A stretch of 64,000 nucleotides of DNA, from positions 248,001-312,000 of the IMG/VR virus record IMGVR_UViG_3300047994_000374. One strand, written 5' to 3'. This document shows positions 21,442 through 32,070 of this stretch, piece by piece. Made by a program: the position numbers and the translations under genes. A model generated the notes under the pieces. The model saw nothing but the letters and a program-made list of their open reading frames with translations, did no database searches and was not told the origin of the DNA. The number at the start of each line of letters is the position of its first letter. The stretch's first letter is position 1.

Positions 21442-24400
21442 TTAGAAAGAACCCTTTTTGTTGCCAAATAACCCTGAGAGTGATGCGACCATATCATTTT
21501 CAACTAATCGCTTTGATGGTGATTCGTCATTTGAAAAGCCGACATTTGGAAGGCGTGAAGCTTGTTTTTGCATAAGTGGTTCATGCTTTGCGACGACGCG
21601 CTTGAATGATTCAAATGAAACGTCATCATATAACATAATTTCATCGACTTGACCTTTAACCTGAGCCTTTTCACGACCACAGAGACCACGATCAATCATA
21701 TCATAAGTGAGTTCATAGGCGCGAGCAATCTTGAGTTTAAACTTGTTGAGGTCAGCTTCGAGCTGCGCTTTAACATGCTCTTTAACTAATTCTGAAGCGA
21801 ATTCTGAACCGCCGTCAACTTGACCGTAGAATTTTTTCCAGTAAGCGACTGCATCTTTATCAAGACCTTCTGCTACGAGAGCATCAACATCTTTTGCATC
21901 TAATTTACCTTCTGAAACTAAACGCTGAATTGCTTCGGCTTCTTTGCGAACCTTTGGTGGAGCTTTTGCAAGATCCATGAAGGCTTTGTTTTGCTCTTCT
22001 TGAGTTTCAACTAAACCAAGATTACCTGATGGCTTGGTATCAAGTTTCGTTTGACCGTCTGCAAGTGAATCAGCTTTATCGAGCATATCACTAAATTTTG
22101 CTTTTGACATGTCTTGAGCTTCACCATCATCTTGTTTACCAAGAGCATCGGCAGCCAATTTCGCTCTAAATGATGCACGAGCTTCTTTGGTTTCGAGTGA
22201 CGCTTTTTTAACTTCTACTTGAGCACCCATGGGGACATCCTTTGGAACCGCTTCGCCTGGAGCAACTTCGAGCTTCATATCATTGTCATCCGCATGCATT
22301 TCTTCATCTTTGTCGTCTAACATTTCTTTTACGGATTCTAAATCTGCATTGGTGTCACCGATTAAATTCATAAGATCGGCACCCTCTGCTAAATGTGTAT
22401 CTTCGCTCATTGACTCTCCTTCAGCTAAAGCCTCCAGTTCTGCTTCGATTTCCGCACGTTTGACGATGGCATTAGTGCCTCGGGCGTACTTTACGAAAGC
22501 AGTCATTAGTGTTAATCCATCGGCAATTGAATGTTTGGTTTCTTTAACCGCATCTTCAACAATAGTGCCGACAAAATCTCTATTTGCATCTGAAACCGCG
22601 CCCTTATCATACATCGAGCTAATCATTTCTAACTCTTCTTGATGATTGGTGAGGTTTGCAATCGTCTCTTTCATTGCTTGAACGAGTTGCCCATTTAATT
22701 CTTTACGGGTTGATTTGAGTGCCGCAGTGCCGAAATTATCGCTTGCCGCTGCGCCCATTTCTGGAGCTGGTTCGGCGCCCATTTCAGCTTGTTCACCAGT
22801 TAATGCACGAACTGATTCGACGAGATCTGAATTAAGGTCGCGAGCTTTTTCTGCAAGTTCGAGAACATTTTCTTTTGGATCGCCAGTTTTGCCCGTATCT
22901 TCAGCTTCTGGCGCACCGAGGTCAGCAGGTGATGCTGCGTCTGGAGCGGCTGGTGCGGCTGGTGCCATTGGAGCTGCTTGTGATTTCTTAATTAATGCCG
23001 AAACGCCCGAAGCGCCTGCAACCTTAACTTTTTCAATCAATGAAGTGCCGAAAGGCTTGGTTGCAATTTGATCATAAAGCATTTCCGTGCGACCACCAGT
23101 GAGTTCATCAACTGATGCAGTAAGGATAAGTTTATCACCAAGGAATACTTCCCATGCTGAATTTGCTTTGTCCTGGGTGCCGTCTGATTTTGCAGCCTTT
23201 ACGAAACGAGCACGGAGCGATGCACGTTGAAGTAATTCTTTACGCTTGAGTTCATCTGGAACCGTAACTGAAGCAGGTGATGGATGAAGGCTATCAACTG
23301 ATCCGACGCCTGGGAATGGCTTTTGACCAACCATTTGTTTATCTTCTTTATCGCGATCAAGCTCATTGAGTTTGTCCGCTGGATATTTAACTTTACCTGG
23401 AGTTGGGGTACCGGGATTTTCTTTTCCGTCGCCGTTCTGGAAATATGCCTTTTTATCTTGAAGGGCGCCTTTTGCGAGTTGAAGAATTGCTGCTCGTTTG
23501 ACGGCACGATCTTCTGACTCTGCTCGGGCAAGCATCTTTTTACGAGTAAGCTCATCCGCAGTTTCGGCTGAGGCTGGTGATGGATGCATCCCATCAACTG
23601 CGCCAACTTCTGGAAATGGAGCTTGACCATTCATGTGCTTGTCCTCTTCTCTTGCCGTTTCATTAAGAGGATCTTTTGGATATTTAACTTGTCCGGGGGT
23701 TGGTTCATTGACTCCGCCAGCGCCTTGGTAGTAACCTTTTTTATTCATATCAGACATCATTTCCTCTTGTGTTTTTGAAGTTTTAGACAATTTTTCCAGA
23801 CTTTCTTTCATTTGATTTAGTTTTGCTTCAATAGTCAATGCGACTTCTTTAAGCTCTTCAATCGAATCCTTTTCCAAATTTACTGCTGCGTAACGTGCTT
23901 GCTGTGGTGACTGTAGCGATAAACCAGAATCGGTGGGAGTGCCCTCTGACATTGCGATGGAGCCCGACGATTGATTGTATGCAGAATTATTACTATCTTT
24001 TTCAGATTTTTTTGCTAAATCATAAATATTTGATAATTTGGCAAATGCATCATCAAGGTCTTGTTTAAATTTAACAAGATCATTTGCATTCACATTGATT
24101 TGCATATGATTAGGACCTTCATTACTTTCACTGTCATTTGCGTCTAATTGCGCATTAAAAGTAAGATCTGCTAATTTTTCGATTTCATTCTGTTTGCTTT
24201 CGACATAAGCGTTTAGATGATTCGCGGCCGCAAGAACTTGTTTAATGTGAGCTTTTGGATCGGCGCCATTAACAACGATAGAAAGTTCAATTGGATTTAA
24301 ATCGACGTTAATTTCACCGTAACCTGATTTTGTTTTCATATGTGAACAAAAATCAGACTCAACGCGAGCAACTTTCGCACAATCATAACAAATAGCTTGA

Positions 24401-24966
24401 CCAACGGCAGTACCCATGGAAACAGCAGTCTGCATTCCAGTTGAAACTTTTCTTGCAAGTTCCGGATAATTGGCTTTATCAAGAGCACAAAGAGCAACAA
24501 CGCGCTTTAACTTACGGTCATAATAAGTATCGACAATGAACCCGCGCGTATGATCGACAGATGAAGATTTATGATCTAAGCAAAGTGGTTTCCCTATCCA
24601 TTTTTTATGAGCCGTGATTAATTGTGATTCTGGGAAAATATCACCATTAGAATTTTTAAATGCCCGAACACTTGGGTCACTTGAAACCCAACGCCAAGTA
24701 TTATTTGACGTATCCCAACCAACTTTAACTTCTTCACCGAAACGATTTAATTTTGGGGTTCCATCATCATTAACGGCTGAGGCTTCCGCTGCGTGCATAA
24801 TTACGGCAACCATATATAAAAAATCATCTGCTTTTGGGGCGACTTTTTTCAAATCACCCGCCATTTTATAAAATTTATTTAATGCATCTTGATCAACCAT
24901 TGGAGCTGATGATTCTGTTGATTGAATATCAATCCCTACCAATTCACCGATTTTAATAAATGACAT
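21442..24966 (-). CDS. Prohead maturation protease fused to a long scaffold-like region (1174 aa)
   Basis: NGD.F...GKPL.LDH, YPELA.KV..G...VSMG and ELS.V..GADP.A motifs of HK97/herpes-type proteases, followed by a coiled-coil, repeat-rich region. Confidence 0.75.
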   Translation of the reverse strand: MSFIKIGELVGIDIQSTESSAPMVDQDALNKFYKMAGDLKKVAPKADDFLYMVAVIMHAAEASAVNDDGTPKLNRFGEEVKVGWDTSNNTWRWVSSDPSVRAFKNSNGDIFPESQLITAHKKWIGKPLCLDHKSSSVDHTRGFIVDTYYDRKLKRVVALCALDKANYPELARKVSTGMQTAVSMGTAVGQAICYDCAKVARVESDFCSHMKTKSGYGEINVDLNPIELSIVVNGADPKAHIKQVLAAANHLNAYVESKQNEIEKLADLTFNAQLDANDSESNEGPNHMQINVNANDLVKFKQDLDDAFAKLSNIYDLAKKSEKDSNNSAYNQSSGSIAMSEGTPTDSGLSLQSPQQARYAAVNLEKDSIEELKEVALTIEAKLNQMKESLEKLSKTSKTQEEMMSDMNKKGYYQGAGGVNEPTPGQVKYPKDPLNETAREEDKHMNGQAPFPEVGAVDGMHPSPASAETADELTRKKMLARAESEDRAVKRAAILQLAKGALQDKKAYFQNGDGKENPGTPTPGKVKYPADKLNELDRDKEDKQMVGQKPFPGVGSVDSLHPSPASVTVPDELKRKELLQRASLRARFVKAAKSDGTQDKANSAWEVFLGDKLILTASVDELTGGRTEMLYDQIATKPFGTSLIEKVKVAGASGVSALIKKSQAAPMAPAAPAAPDAASPADLGAPEAEDTGKTGDPKENVLELAEKARDLNSDLVESVRALTGEQAEMGAEPAPEMGAAASDNFGTAALKSTRKELNGQLVQAMKETIANLTNHQEELEMISSMYDKGAVSDANRDFVGTIVEDAVKETKHSIADGLTLMTAFVKYARGTNAIVKRAEIEAELEALAEGESMSEDTHLAEGADLMNLIGDTNADLESVKEMLDDKDEEMHADDNDMKLEVAPGEAVPKDVPMGAQVEVKKASLETKEARASFRAKLAADALGKQDDGEAQDMSKAKFSDMLDKADSLADGQTKLDTKPSGNLGLVETQEEQNKAFMDLAKAPPKVRKEAEAIQRLVSEGKLDAKDVDALVAEGLDKDAVAYWKKFYGQVDGGSEFASELVKEHVKAQLEADLNKFKLKIARAYELTYDMIDRGLCGREKAQVKGQVDEIMLYDDVSFESFKRVVAKHEPLMQKQASRLPNVGFSNDESPSKRLVENDMVASLSGLFGNKKGSF

Positions 24967-25015
24967 TACATTTTCTCCGAATGATTACCAAAAGATACAT
25001 TTTTATTGACATATA

Positions 25016-25168
25016 TCATTTAGTTTCCGATTTTTTATTGCCTTCGGTTAATAATAATTCTTCTTGTTTGATTTTTGCTTTTTTAACAGAATTTTTTTGA
25101 TCTTCCGTGAGATCAACTGACTCGATAATATGTGTAATCTGTACATCGCCTCTTTTAATAAAACTCAT
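25016..25168 (-). CDS. Small 50-aa protein (not in the ORF track)
   Basis: MSFIKRGDVQ...; GGAG RBS; N-terminus mirrors MSFIKIG of the protease. Confidence 0.55.
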   Translation of the reverse strand: MSFIKRGDVQITHIIESVDLTEDQKNSVKKAKIKQEELLLTEGNKKSETK

Positions 25169-25195
25169 TAATATCTCCGTTAATATGACAAAATA

Positions 25196-25843
25196 TTACT
25201 TATTAAGATGTGAAGGATCCTTAATTGCATCATTCAACTGTTCTTGACGAGCATTGAATAAATCTAAAATAAGTGGCTTTTTCTTTTCAATTTTCATTTG
25301 AAGATCATTACCGGTTGCATCTACCCAATTAGCTGCAAGTATATTGTTATTAATATGTGTTTTAATACGATCTTCAATTAATTCTTCAATATCAGTGCAT
25401 TGTTTTTGAATACTCTCAATTGACTCAACTATATTTTTAGAAAAATCTTTATCTTTAAGATTATTGAATAAATATGATAATTTATTAACTTCTGCCTCAA
25501 GTCCATCAATTGAAGAAATAAAAGATTTCATAATTTTTAATGTTTGCGTATCCGATGAAAATACTTGCATGACATCGACACAGCGAAATGCTACTTTCTT
25601 AAAATTATTAAAGTTCTCAATAACCTTATCTCTAAAACGACGAATGGCTGCGCGAGCGTTCATTACATCTTCAGGAGACATATCAGGTGAATTTTTGAAT
25701 GGGGTCTTCATAACATTTAAATGGTCCGATGCAATTTCTAAAGCTTTAGTGGCTGCGTTAAAGCAAATGACGGCTCGTTCAGCTTGTTGTTTCTCGACAT
25801 CAGAAACTTCGTAGGACATCTTAATTGCGATTGATTTAAGCAT
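25196..25843 (-). CDS. Hypothetical helical protein
   Basis: 215 aa ORF. Confidence 0.7.
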   Translation of the reverse strand: MLKSIAIKMSYEVSDVEKQQAERAVICFNAATKALEIASDHLNVMKTPFKNSPDMSPEDVMNARAAIRRFRDKVIENFNNFKKVAFRCVDVMQVFSSDTQTLKIMKSFISSIDGLEAEVNKLSYLFNNLKDKDFSKNIVESIESIQKQCTDIEELIEDRIKTHINNNILAANWVDATGNDLQMKIEKKKPLILDLFNARQEQLNDAIKDPSHLNK

Positions 25844-25858
25844 CGACTTTATACGGAA

Positions 25859-26605
25859 TTAATCGTAAATAAAGCCCGTCATATTTACTGTCGGTCCAGC
25901 CCCACTCAAACCGGCATCATTATTAAATACGCCGTTTTGTGGTATTTTATCAATTTCTGTAATGACTTTTGCATTCGGATCGTAGTTTTGACGAGTTTGA
26001 AATTGATCATTAATAGGATTATCTACTTGATCAAATGGCGAAGTTCTTGTTGAATCTAAAAATGGAGCAAACGAACCTTGATGACCTTCGTCTAAAAAGG
26101 AATCTCGGTTATCTCCAATGTATTCTCTTTGGTTAGAAACAATATCTGCATGATTGCTATCGGATTCTGATTTGCATGAGCGAATTATCTTTTCATAATC
26201 AGCGGTCATTTTTGGAGGAATTCCAACGCCAAATCCTAATTGTTTGGCTTCTTTAATAGCTTCTTCTGGCGACTTTCCTAAATACTTACATTGAACTAAA
26301 GCAATAGCAAGTCCCGTGCGATCCTTACCAGCCGAACACCCAACGAATACTGGTCCACCTTCTAAAAACAACTTCTTCATATCTTGATCTAAAAACTCTT
26401 TCAATCCTTTATCAAAACTAATATAAAGTTTTATCTGATCAATTCCTAATAACTTGCATGTTCTTGAGATAGTTTCGCCGACTTCTTTGTCTAAACTTAC
26501 GATCTTTTTAATGCCTAAATGATCTTGCAACCATTTGACATCTTTGGGACTTAAAGCGCCACCACGGTAGAGTCCTTTAGTTACTTTTCGAAGGCGCTTG
26601 ATCAC
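25859..26605 (-). CDS. Dual-specificity/tyrosine phosphatase-like protein (CX5R)
   Basis: LYRGG...GIKKIVSL...PVFVGCSAGKDRTG P-loop. Confidence 0.85.
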   Translation of the reverse strand: MIKRLRKVTKGLYRGGALSPKDVKWLQDHLGIKKIVSLDKEVGETISRTCKLLGIDQIKLYISFDKGLKEFLDQDMKKLFLEGGPVFVGCSAGKDRTGLAIALVQCKYLGKSPEEAIKEAKQLGFGVGIPPKMTADYEKIIRSCKSESDSNHADIVSNQREYIGDNRDSFLDEGHQGSFAPFLDSTRTSPFDQVDNPINDQFQTRQNYDPNAKVITEIDKIPQNGVFNNDAGLSGAGPTVNMTGFIYD

Positions 26606-27336
26606 AGTGCTCTCGACAAACTCTCTGAAACTTTCTTAACATAATTAGCGTCATGACCAAAAAGAATGTGTTTAGTAAATGTTATTGCCTGCCCTAATGC
26701 CGAAGATGCTGGCATTTGCTTTTGCCCAATATCATTTGGATTAAGTTCCATAAATTTTTGCTTTAAATTATTTAATGATTTTTGGCGATTATCTGGAGAT
26801 ATTCGATTAATTGTGAATTTAACAATGTCTGCTAAATATTTTCCAACCTCTTCTGCATTGCCAAGTTCCGCTATTGCCGCGTTCTTTACCATATCCTTAT
26901 CTAATTTAATTGGATGGACTTTGTTAAAAAGAACGAGTGTTTTTTGAAGTGCAACGCGGTCGGGCTTATGTAATTTGGCTTTAAGGGCTTTATCAAAATT
27001 TAGTTTAAATAATTTCATAAAATCTAACATTTGTTCTTGTGTAGCTTTTTCATTTAACTTGCGCATAATAGCAGAGTAAGAAACTTCATCAACATCTGTT
27101 AAATCGATTGCCTTATCGTTTGCTTTGTTACTATCTAAATGCTTAAAAAATTCGATCTGTTTTAAACGCTTTTGAGCTAATTCTTTTGACTTATAAGTGC
27201 CCATGTTCTTTCCTTTTTCAGATTGAACTTGGTATTTGCCATTTTCCAATTTACGGATCTTCGCAATTACACTTAATGATGCTTCGCAGTGCAATTCAAA
27301 TTGTTCCATCGATTGTAAAATTTTATTATAATTCAT
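26602..27336 (-). CDS. Hypothetical head-module protein
   Basis: Contains 'KYQVQSEKGKNMGTYKSKELAQKRLKQIEFFK', a small domain seen in phage head proteins. Confidence 0.7.
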   Translation of the reverse strand: MNYNKILQSMEQFELHCEASLSVIAKIRKLENGKYQVQSEKGKNMGTYKSKELAQKRLKQIEFFKHLDSNKANDKAIDLTDVDEVSYSAIMRKLNEKATQEQMLDFMKLFKLNFDKALKAKLHKPDRVALQKTLVLFNKVHPIKLDKDMVKNAAIAELGNAEEVGKYLADIVKFTINRISPDNRQKSLNNLKQKFMELNPNDIGQKQMPASSALGQAITFTKHILFGHDANYVKKVSESLSRAL

Positions 27337-27722
27337 TTTTTCTTTTCGAAGGCTTTTTTAATTCCAATGGAGTCTGTACTTCTCAACATCATGTCTCCAA
27401 TCACGCCTTTTCCATCTACTTCATTTAAAGCTCGAATCGCTCTTTCATTCACAAAAACCATATTTCCCATTTGAGCTGTATGAGATTTATCAACGTATGC
27501 GCAATTTAAAATCAAGCATTCTCGATAAGCTGCTACCACTGTTCCGACGAATACGGATGGATAAGGAGTTGATACTTGCTCGGTGCTAATATCTTCATAC
27601 GAATCGCCCAAATAAATTTCAATAAACTTATCTTTAAATATAAGTGCTAAAAATTCGGCAAATGTTTTTCCTGTTCCTTGCAAACTATCAATAACACTTT
27701 GCACATCTTTTATGTCGGGCAT
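27333..27722 (-). CDS. Hypothetical protein
   Basis: 129 aa ORF, translationally coupled to its neighbours. Confidence 0.7.
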   Translation of the reverse strand: MPDIKDVQSVIDSLQGTGKTFAEFLALIFKDKFIEIYLGDSYEDISTEQVSTPYPSVFVGTVVAAYRECLILNCAYVDKSHTAQMGNMVFVNERAIRALNEVDGKGVIGDMMLRSTDSIGIKKAFEKKK

Positions 27723-28864
27723 TATATTTTTCCAATAAATTTAAGGAGAAACTTTCGATAATTCGTTTCTGCGTGTTTGACGTTTGTTTCTTGAAGATTT
27801 GATTTTGTATCTTTGACTATATTAAAATAAACTTCGACGGACCCGATTTTTTTGGTTGCTGTTTTAAAATTATTTTTTACGAGCGTAGCAAGATTCGCAA
27901 TTTGCACATTATTGATACCTGATCTGTTTTTGCATTCTAACTCTACTTTACTCGTTCCATCTGTATAGGTATAAGAGCGCGTTTTTAATTCTTCATCTAG
28001 GACTGATCCTAATACTCTGGCAAACTCCATAGCATCCGTATAATCGGCAGTTTTAATTTGAATAAGATAAGTGTTTTTTGCTTCTGAAATTCCTAAAAGC
28101 GAATTTAACATTTCATCTATGCTGCTTGGATTTTTTGGTGGAAGTGCTTGCGCGGGAACTGAATTTTGATTAATTGAAGGCGATGCGGCAGGTGGAGGCG
28201 TATTTATAGATTTTGTTTGTTCGTTTGGTGGCGGTTGATATCCTGTATTATTTTTCATTGCCATAAGCGCTTTTTGATAAGTAGAAGTTTGCTTATTTTT
28301 ATTTACCTGATTTATCATATCTCCATAAGTAATTGCACCCGGAGTTGATCCATGAAATAAAGTATTTGCCGTATAAGCTTGACTTTCTTGACGTGGCGTA
28401 ATTCTTTGTCCGATATCATAATATTTTTTACTATAAACTTTACCTGTTCTTGGATCGGTTACGGTAGCAGGATTTTTTTCTAAAAATACCGTAGATGGAT
28501 CACCCGCTTTAATTCCAGGTAATCTTAAAGCTACCGGCCATAAATTTGCAACATAATATTGGGCGGCGGAAGTAAAAGGACCGCCGTTATATTTCATATT
28601 CCCTTCGATTAGCTTTTTAATATAGGGAAGTTGATTTTCCCCTGAAGTTTCTCGGAAATCACTTGGACTACCTTTAAACCCTGTTCCTGCTAAAATGCCT
28701 GGCATAAACTGAATTAAACCAGAAGCACCAGAACTCTTATTGCCTGCGCCTGGATTGATTCCCGATTCAGAAACCATAACGGCGAGCAGATCTTCTGGCT
28801 TCATTCCTAATTCTGAAGTCATCTGGAGAAACTTGGGGTAAAAGTTTGAGCCGAGGTTTGGCAT
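27722..28864 (-). CDS. Lytic transglycosylase (SLT-like) domain protein
   Basis: AVMVSESG (catalytic Glu) and ASGLIQFMP motifs. Confidence 0.85.
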   Translation of the reverse strand: MPNLGSNFYPKFLQMTSELGMKPEDLLAVMVSESGINPGAGNKSSGASGLIQFMPGILAGTGFKGSPSDFRETSGENQLPYIKKLIEGNMKYNGGPFTSAAQYYVANLWPVALRLPGIKAGDPSTVFLEKNPATVTDPRTGKVYSKKYYDIGQRITPRQESQAYTANTLFHGSTPGAITYGDMINQVNKNKQTSTYQKALMAMKNNTGYQPPPNEQTKSINTPPPAASPSINQNSVPAQALPPKNPSSIDEMLNSLLGISEAKNTYLIQIKTADYTDAMEFARVLGSVLDEELKTRSYTYTDGTSKVELECKNRSGINNVQIANLATLVKNNFKTATKKIGSVEVYFNIVKDTKSNLQETNVKHAETNYRKFLLKFIGKI

Positions 28865-28866
28865 AA

Positions 28867-30216
28867 TTAACCCCTCAAGTTTTTAACAATTTTAAATAAT
28901 CTTATGGCAATTTCTGGATCTTCGCTTTGAACTTTTTTAGCATATTTAGAAATAAACCCGGCTAACACTAGTGGGCTTTCACCAGCAAAACTCTCTAGTG
29001 TTTTAATAAAAGAATAATGTTTAGCTGCTTTGCCTCCCCACATTTCTTTTGCAAGTTGATCGCTCTTAAATCCTTCATCTTCGTCGCTTGCTTCCATGGC
29101 TGGTGCGGGCGAGCGCGATGTGTCACGAACTGGTGGAACTACTGTAGGTTTTTGTTCTAATTTATTTACTAGATTAAATGGTGCAGCGGATGATGGAGGA
29201 GCTTTAATTCCTGTGGGAACAGGCGGAAATTTAAATGATGGTTCGGGCTGCTTAAAATTTTGAGCGCTGGGCGGCGCCATTGAAGGAGGCGCATAAGGCA
29301 TAGATGATTGCATTGGTGGTGCCGCATCTCTTACCGTACCTACGGGCTGATCTGCCAAAGCAGAGGGATCGGCGACAGGAACTGAAGGTCCTGTAACCTC
29401 AGCTGCAGGTGAGGCTGGCGCTTTATCTTCTTTATCGTATTCATCTTGTTTATCTAAAAATGGTTTGATTACTTCATTGTAATAAGGTTTAAAACCATTT
29501 TTACCATTATCGAATTTAGTAAAAGCATTTGAAATCTTTTTTGCCTCATCAACATATTTATCAACTAATCTTCCAGACCTGGCAATTGACATTTCTTTAA
29601 GAGCCCCAAGCGTTTCGGATAAAAGTGATTCGGCATTGTCCAATAAATTAGCCAACCCATCTCTTAAGCGCTTCACAACATTTGGATATCTTTTTTCCCA
29701 AGCTTTTAGTGCGGTGCCGCGATGGGTGAGATTATTATAATAGAAGTCCATAATTCCAGCTTCTTTGATAAAAAATTCAATATCAACTGAAGCGCCCATG
29801 TGTTCACGAAGTTTTTGAATATTACTCTTTTGCTCTGTATTTAAACCTTGAAACAAAAAGTCATGATGAATGCGATCAACTCCTAAATTTAAGGTTTGAA
29901 TAAGTTTTGTGGCATCTGCCATTTTTTTATGGAAGCGTCCTAAATCTGAAATCGCTGACATGTACTCGCGGCGATTGTAATTAGTGCGGGCGGATTTTAA
30001 TAATTCTTTCACTGCACCTTTATCTTCAGGTGATGCGCCGGTTCCAATTTTTGTTCCTGTTAAAATAGAACGGATGGAATCATCTGCATTATTTAAAAGC
30101 CCCATCACTCGTTTTAATTCAGGGGCGAAAAACTTCTCAGCCATGAGTCCAGTGACATTTGTAACTGGATGCTTATATTTATCAAGTATGCTTCGTTTTT
30201 GGGCAAGTTTATCCAT
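28867..30216 (-). CDS. Hypothetical head-module protein with internal repeat and Pro-rich linker
   Basis: 449 aa; MDKLAQ and IKEAG motifs start two similar helical units. Confidence 0.7.
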   Translation of the reverse strand: MDKLAQKRSILDKYKHPVTNVTGLMAEKFFAPELKRVMGLLNNADDSIRSILTGTKIGTGASPEDKGAVKELLKSARTNYNRREYMSAISDLGRFHKKMADATKLIQTLNLGVDRIHHDFLFQGLNTEQKSNIQKLREHMGASVDIEFFIKEAGIMDFYYNNLTHRGTALKAWEKRYPNVVKRLRDGLANLLDNAESLLSETLGALKEMSIARSGRLVDKYVDEAKKISNAFTKFDNGKNGFKPYYNEVIKPFLDKQDEYDKEDKAPASPAAEVTGPSVPVADPSALADQPVGTVRDAAPPMQSSMPYAPPSMAPPSAQNFKQPEPSFKFPPVPTGIKAPPSSAAPFNLVNKLEQKPTVVPPVRDTSRSPAPAMEASDEDEGFKSDQLAKEMWGGKAAKHYSFIKTLESFAGESPLVLAGFISKYAKKVQSEDPEIAIRLFKIVKNLRG

Positions 30217-30255
30217 GTAAAATCCTCATTGAATACAAATCAAGATAATGCAAAA

Positions 30256-32034
30256 TTATGGCGTGCTTGGCGCTGGTGGAGACATAGATGGAGGCGGAGA
30301 CGAACCTAAATCTGGCATTCCTCCCGTTTCACCCGGTACTGGCTTTTCTGCGGGTGGTGGTTGCCCATCTGGTGTTTCTTGTTCTGAAATCTCATCTTCA
30401 TCGTCAAGTGCTCGCAATGAATTCAAGTCCATAGCTTCAAGCGCTACTTTTTCTTTTTTAGCAATTGTAGCCGAAATCGCTTCTTTGCGCAGTCTTCGGA
30501 CTTCATCTTCATATTCTAATCCAAGAGAGCGATATAGAGAGTGCAATGAAACTCTTCGTTGATCGTCTGTTCCTGATGTGAGTGTCACTAAATTATTTAT
30601 GTAGTCACCGGCATCGAAAAGAGACATGTAATTCCAATCCACTTCTGGAATTATTAATTGTTTCTCACCGCCTGCATAATTATAAAATCCTTGGATTTTA
30701 GCGATTGGGGCGAATATTTTATTTTGCAGCCAATCAGATAACATATTTCGGAAAGTCATATACCGACCGCGAAGAACATCCAGAGCGACGCCGCCGTTTG
30801 CATAGGTCGTATCAGCGCCACCATCCATAAGAACAGGTGGAACTTGTAGTCCAACATAAATTTCTTTTACAAGCTGGGTGATATCTCCAGAAATATCAAA
30901 AATACCTGAGCCGAAGCCAATTCTCTGAATATCAACACCTTCGTGCGTAAAAATCTTAAAATCTTTATTGCTTTGTGCGGCTTCGAAGGTCGCTCGCCAT
31001 TGTTCTAGCGCCTCGTAAGTTGGTTTGTAATCCGCTGAACCAATTTTTACGACAGTGGTTGGATTAATCATACCATCTGCTTGAGCAAACTTTGATTCTC
31101 TTAATAAATCGAAAAGCATAAGTTGCCTAAAAATACAAACTGGTAAACCTGTTCCTCTGATTTCGTAAGGGCTAATTCTTCGAGCTAATTGAGAAACATT
31201 GAAATTATCTAAAGGAATATTTTCACCACGACGAACTGCCTCAATAATACTTTGTGGAATTTGTTTTCTTTGCTCTTGATCGGATGCTTTATTCGACTTA
31301 ATAATATTTTTTAAATTTTCATCTGGACGCAACATGATGATTGGTTCGCTGCCAACAACCGTTCGTTTAACAATCATAAAGTCTGGATTTTGAATGTGAA
31401 TGCGACTCCACTTGCCAAGATTTTCATCTAATTCGGCATAAGGAAAAGCTTCACCTAATAAAAAATACTCTTGAGCAATTTGAACACAAACATTCATCAA
31501 ATCAATTTCTTTTGCCATATCATTAAAGAATTTTTCAATATCTTTATTTGCACATTTAATATTTAACTTACTAATTGGATAAGTTGAGTGCAAAGAAATT
31601 GCATTATGAACGAAAGGATTTAAAGCAAAGAATGATCGGCACCATGCATTAATAGTTGCCCGATCTCTTGGCAAACTCATATTGCTATTTAGCCAAAGTG
31701 GAGAATATACTTCTGGAGCTTGCATAACAGTATTGCCACCACTACCAAACATTCCGCCGCCAAATGCTGCGCCACCAAAAGCTTGAGCAACCTTTTTTAA
31801 ATCTTTTCCGCCTGTAACCACATAACCTAATGTATCATCCGCCCCACCAACAGATCCAGAACTTGAACCATCACGATAAATACCACGTCTAACATCTTCG
31901 GCTAGCGCATCTCTACGATATTCTGATACATTTTTAGCTACATACGGACTAATCGGTGGAATAGTTGATTTCGTATCCATATATTGGTTTGAAAATGAAC
32001 CGTATTCACCGATTCCGTTTTTTTTAATTGGCAT
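30256..32034 (-). CDS. Portal protein
   Basis: 592 aa directly downstream of the terminase; 'RRISPYEIRGTGLP' and acidic/Pro-rich tail typical of portals. Confidence 0.75.
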   Translation of the reverse strand: MPIKKNGIGEYGSFSNQYMDTKSTIPPISPYVAKNVSEYRRDALAEDVRRGIYRDGSSSGSVGGADDTLGYVVTGGKDLKKVAQAFGGAAFGGGMFGSGGNTVMQAPEVYSPLWLNSNMSLPRDRATINAWCRSFFALNPFVHNAISLHSTYPISKLNIKCANKDIEKFFNDMAKEIDLMNVCVQIAQEYFLLGEAFPYAELDENLGKWSRIHIQNPDFMIVKRTVVGSEPIIMLRPDENLKNIIKSNKASDQEQRKQIPQSIIEAVRRGENIPLDNFNVSQLARRISPYEIRGTGLPVCIFRQLMLFDLLRESKFAQADGMINPTTVVKIGSADYKPTYEALEQWRATFEAAQSNKDFKIFTHEGVDIQRIGFGSGIFDISGDITQLVKEIYVGLQVPPVLMDGGADTTYANGGVALDVLRGRYMTFRNMLSDWLQNKIFAPIAKIQGFYNYAGGEKQLIIPEVDWNYMSLFDAGDYINNLVTLTSGTDDQRRVSLHSLYRSLGLEYEDEVRRLRKEAISATIAKKEKVALEAMDLNSLRALDDEDEISEQETPDGQPPPAEKPVPGETGGMPDLGSSPPPSMSPPAPSTP

Positions 32035-32070
32035 GAAGTCTCACTTATATCTCTATTATATATCGGATAA

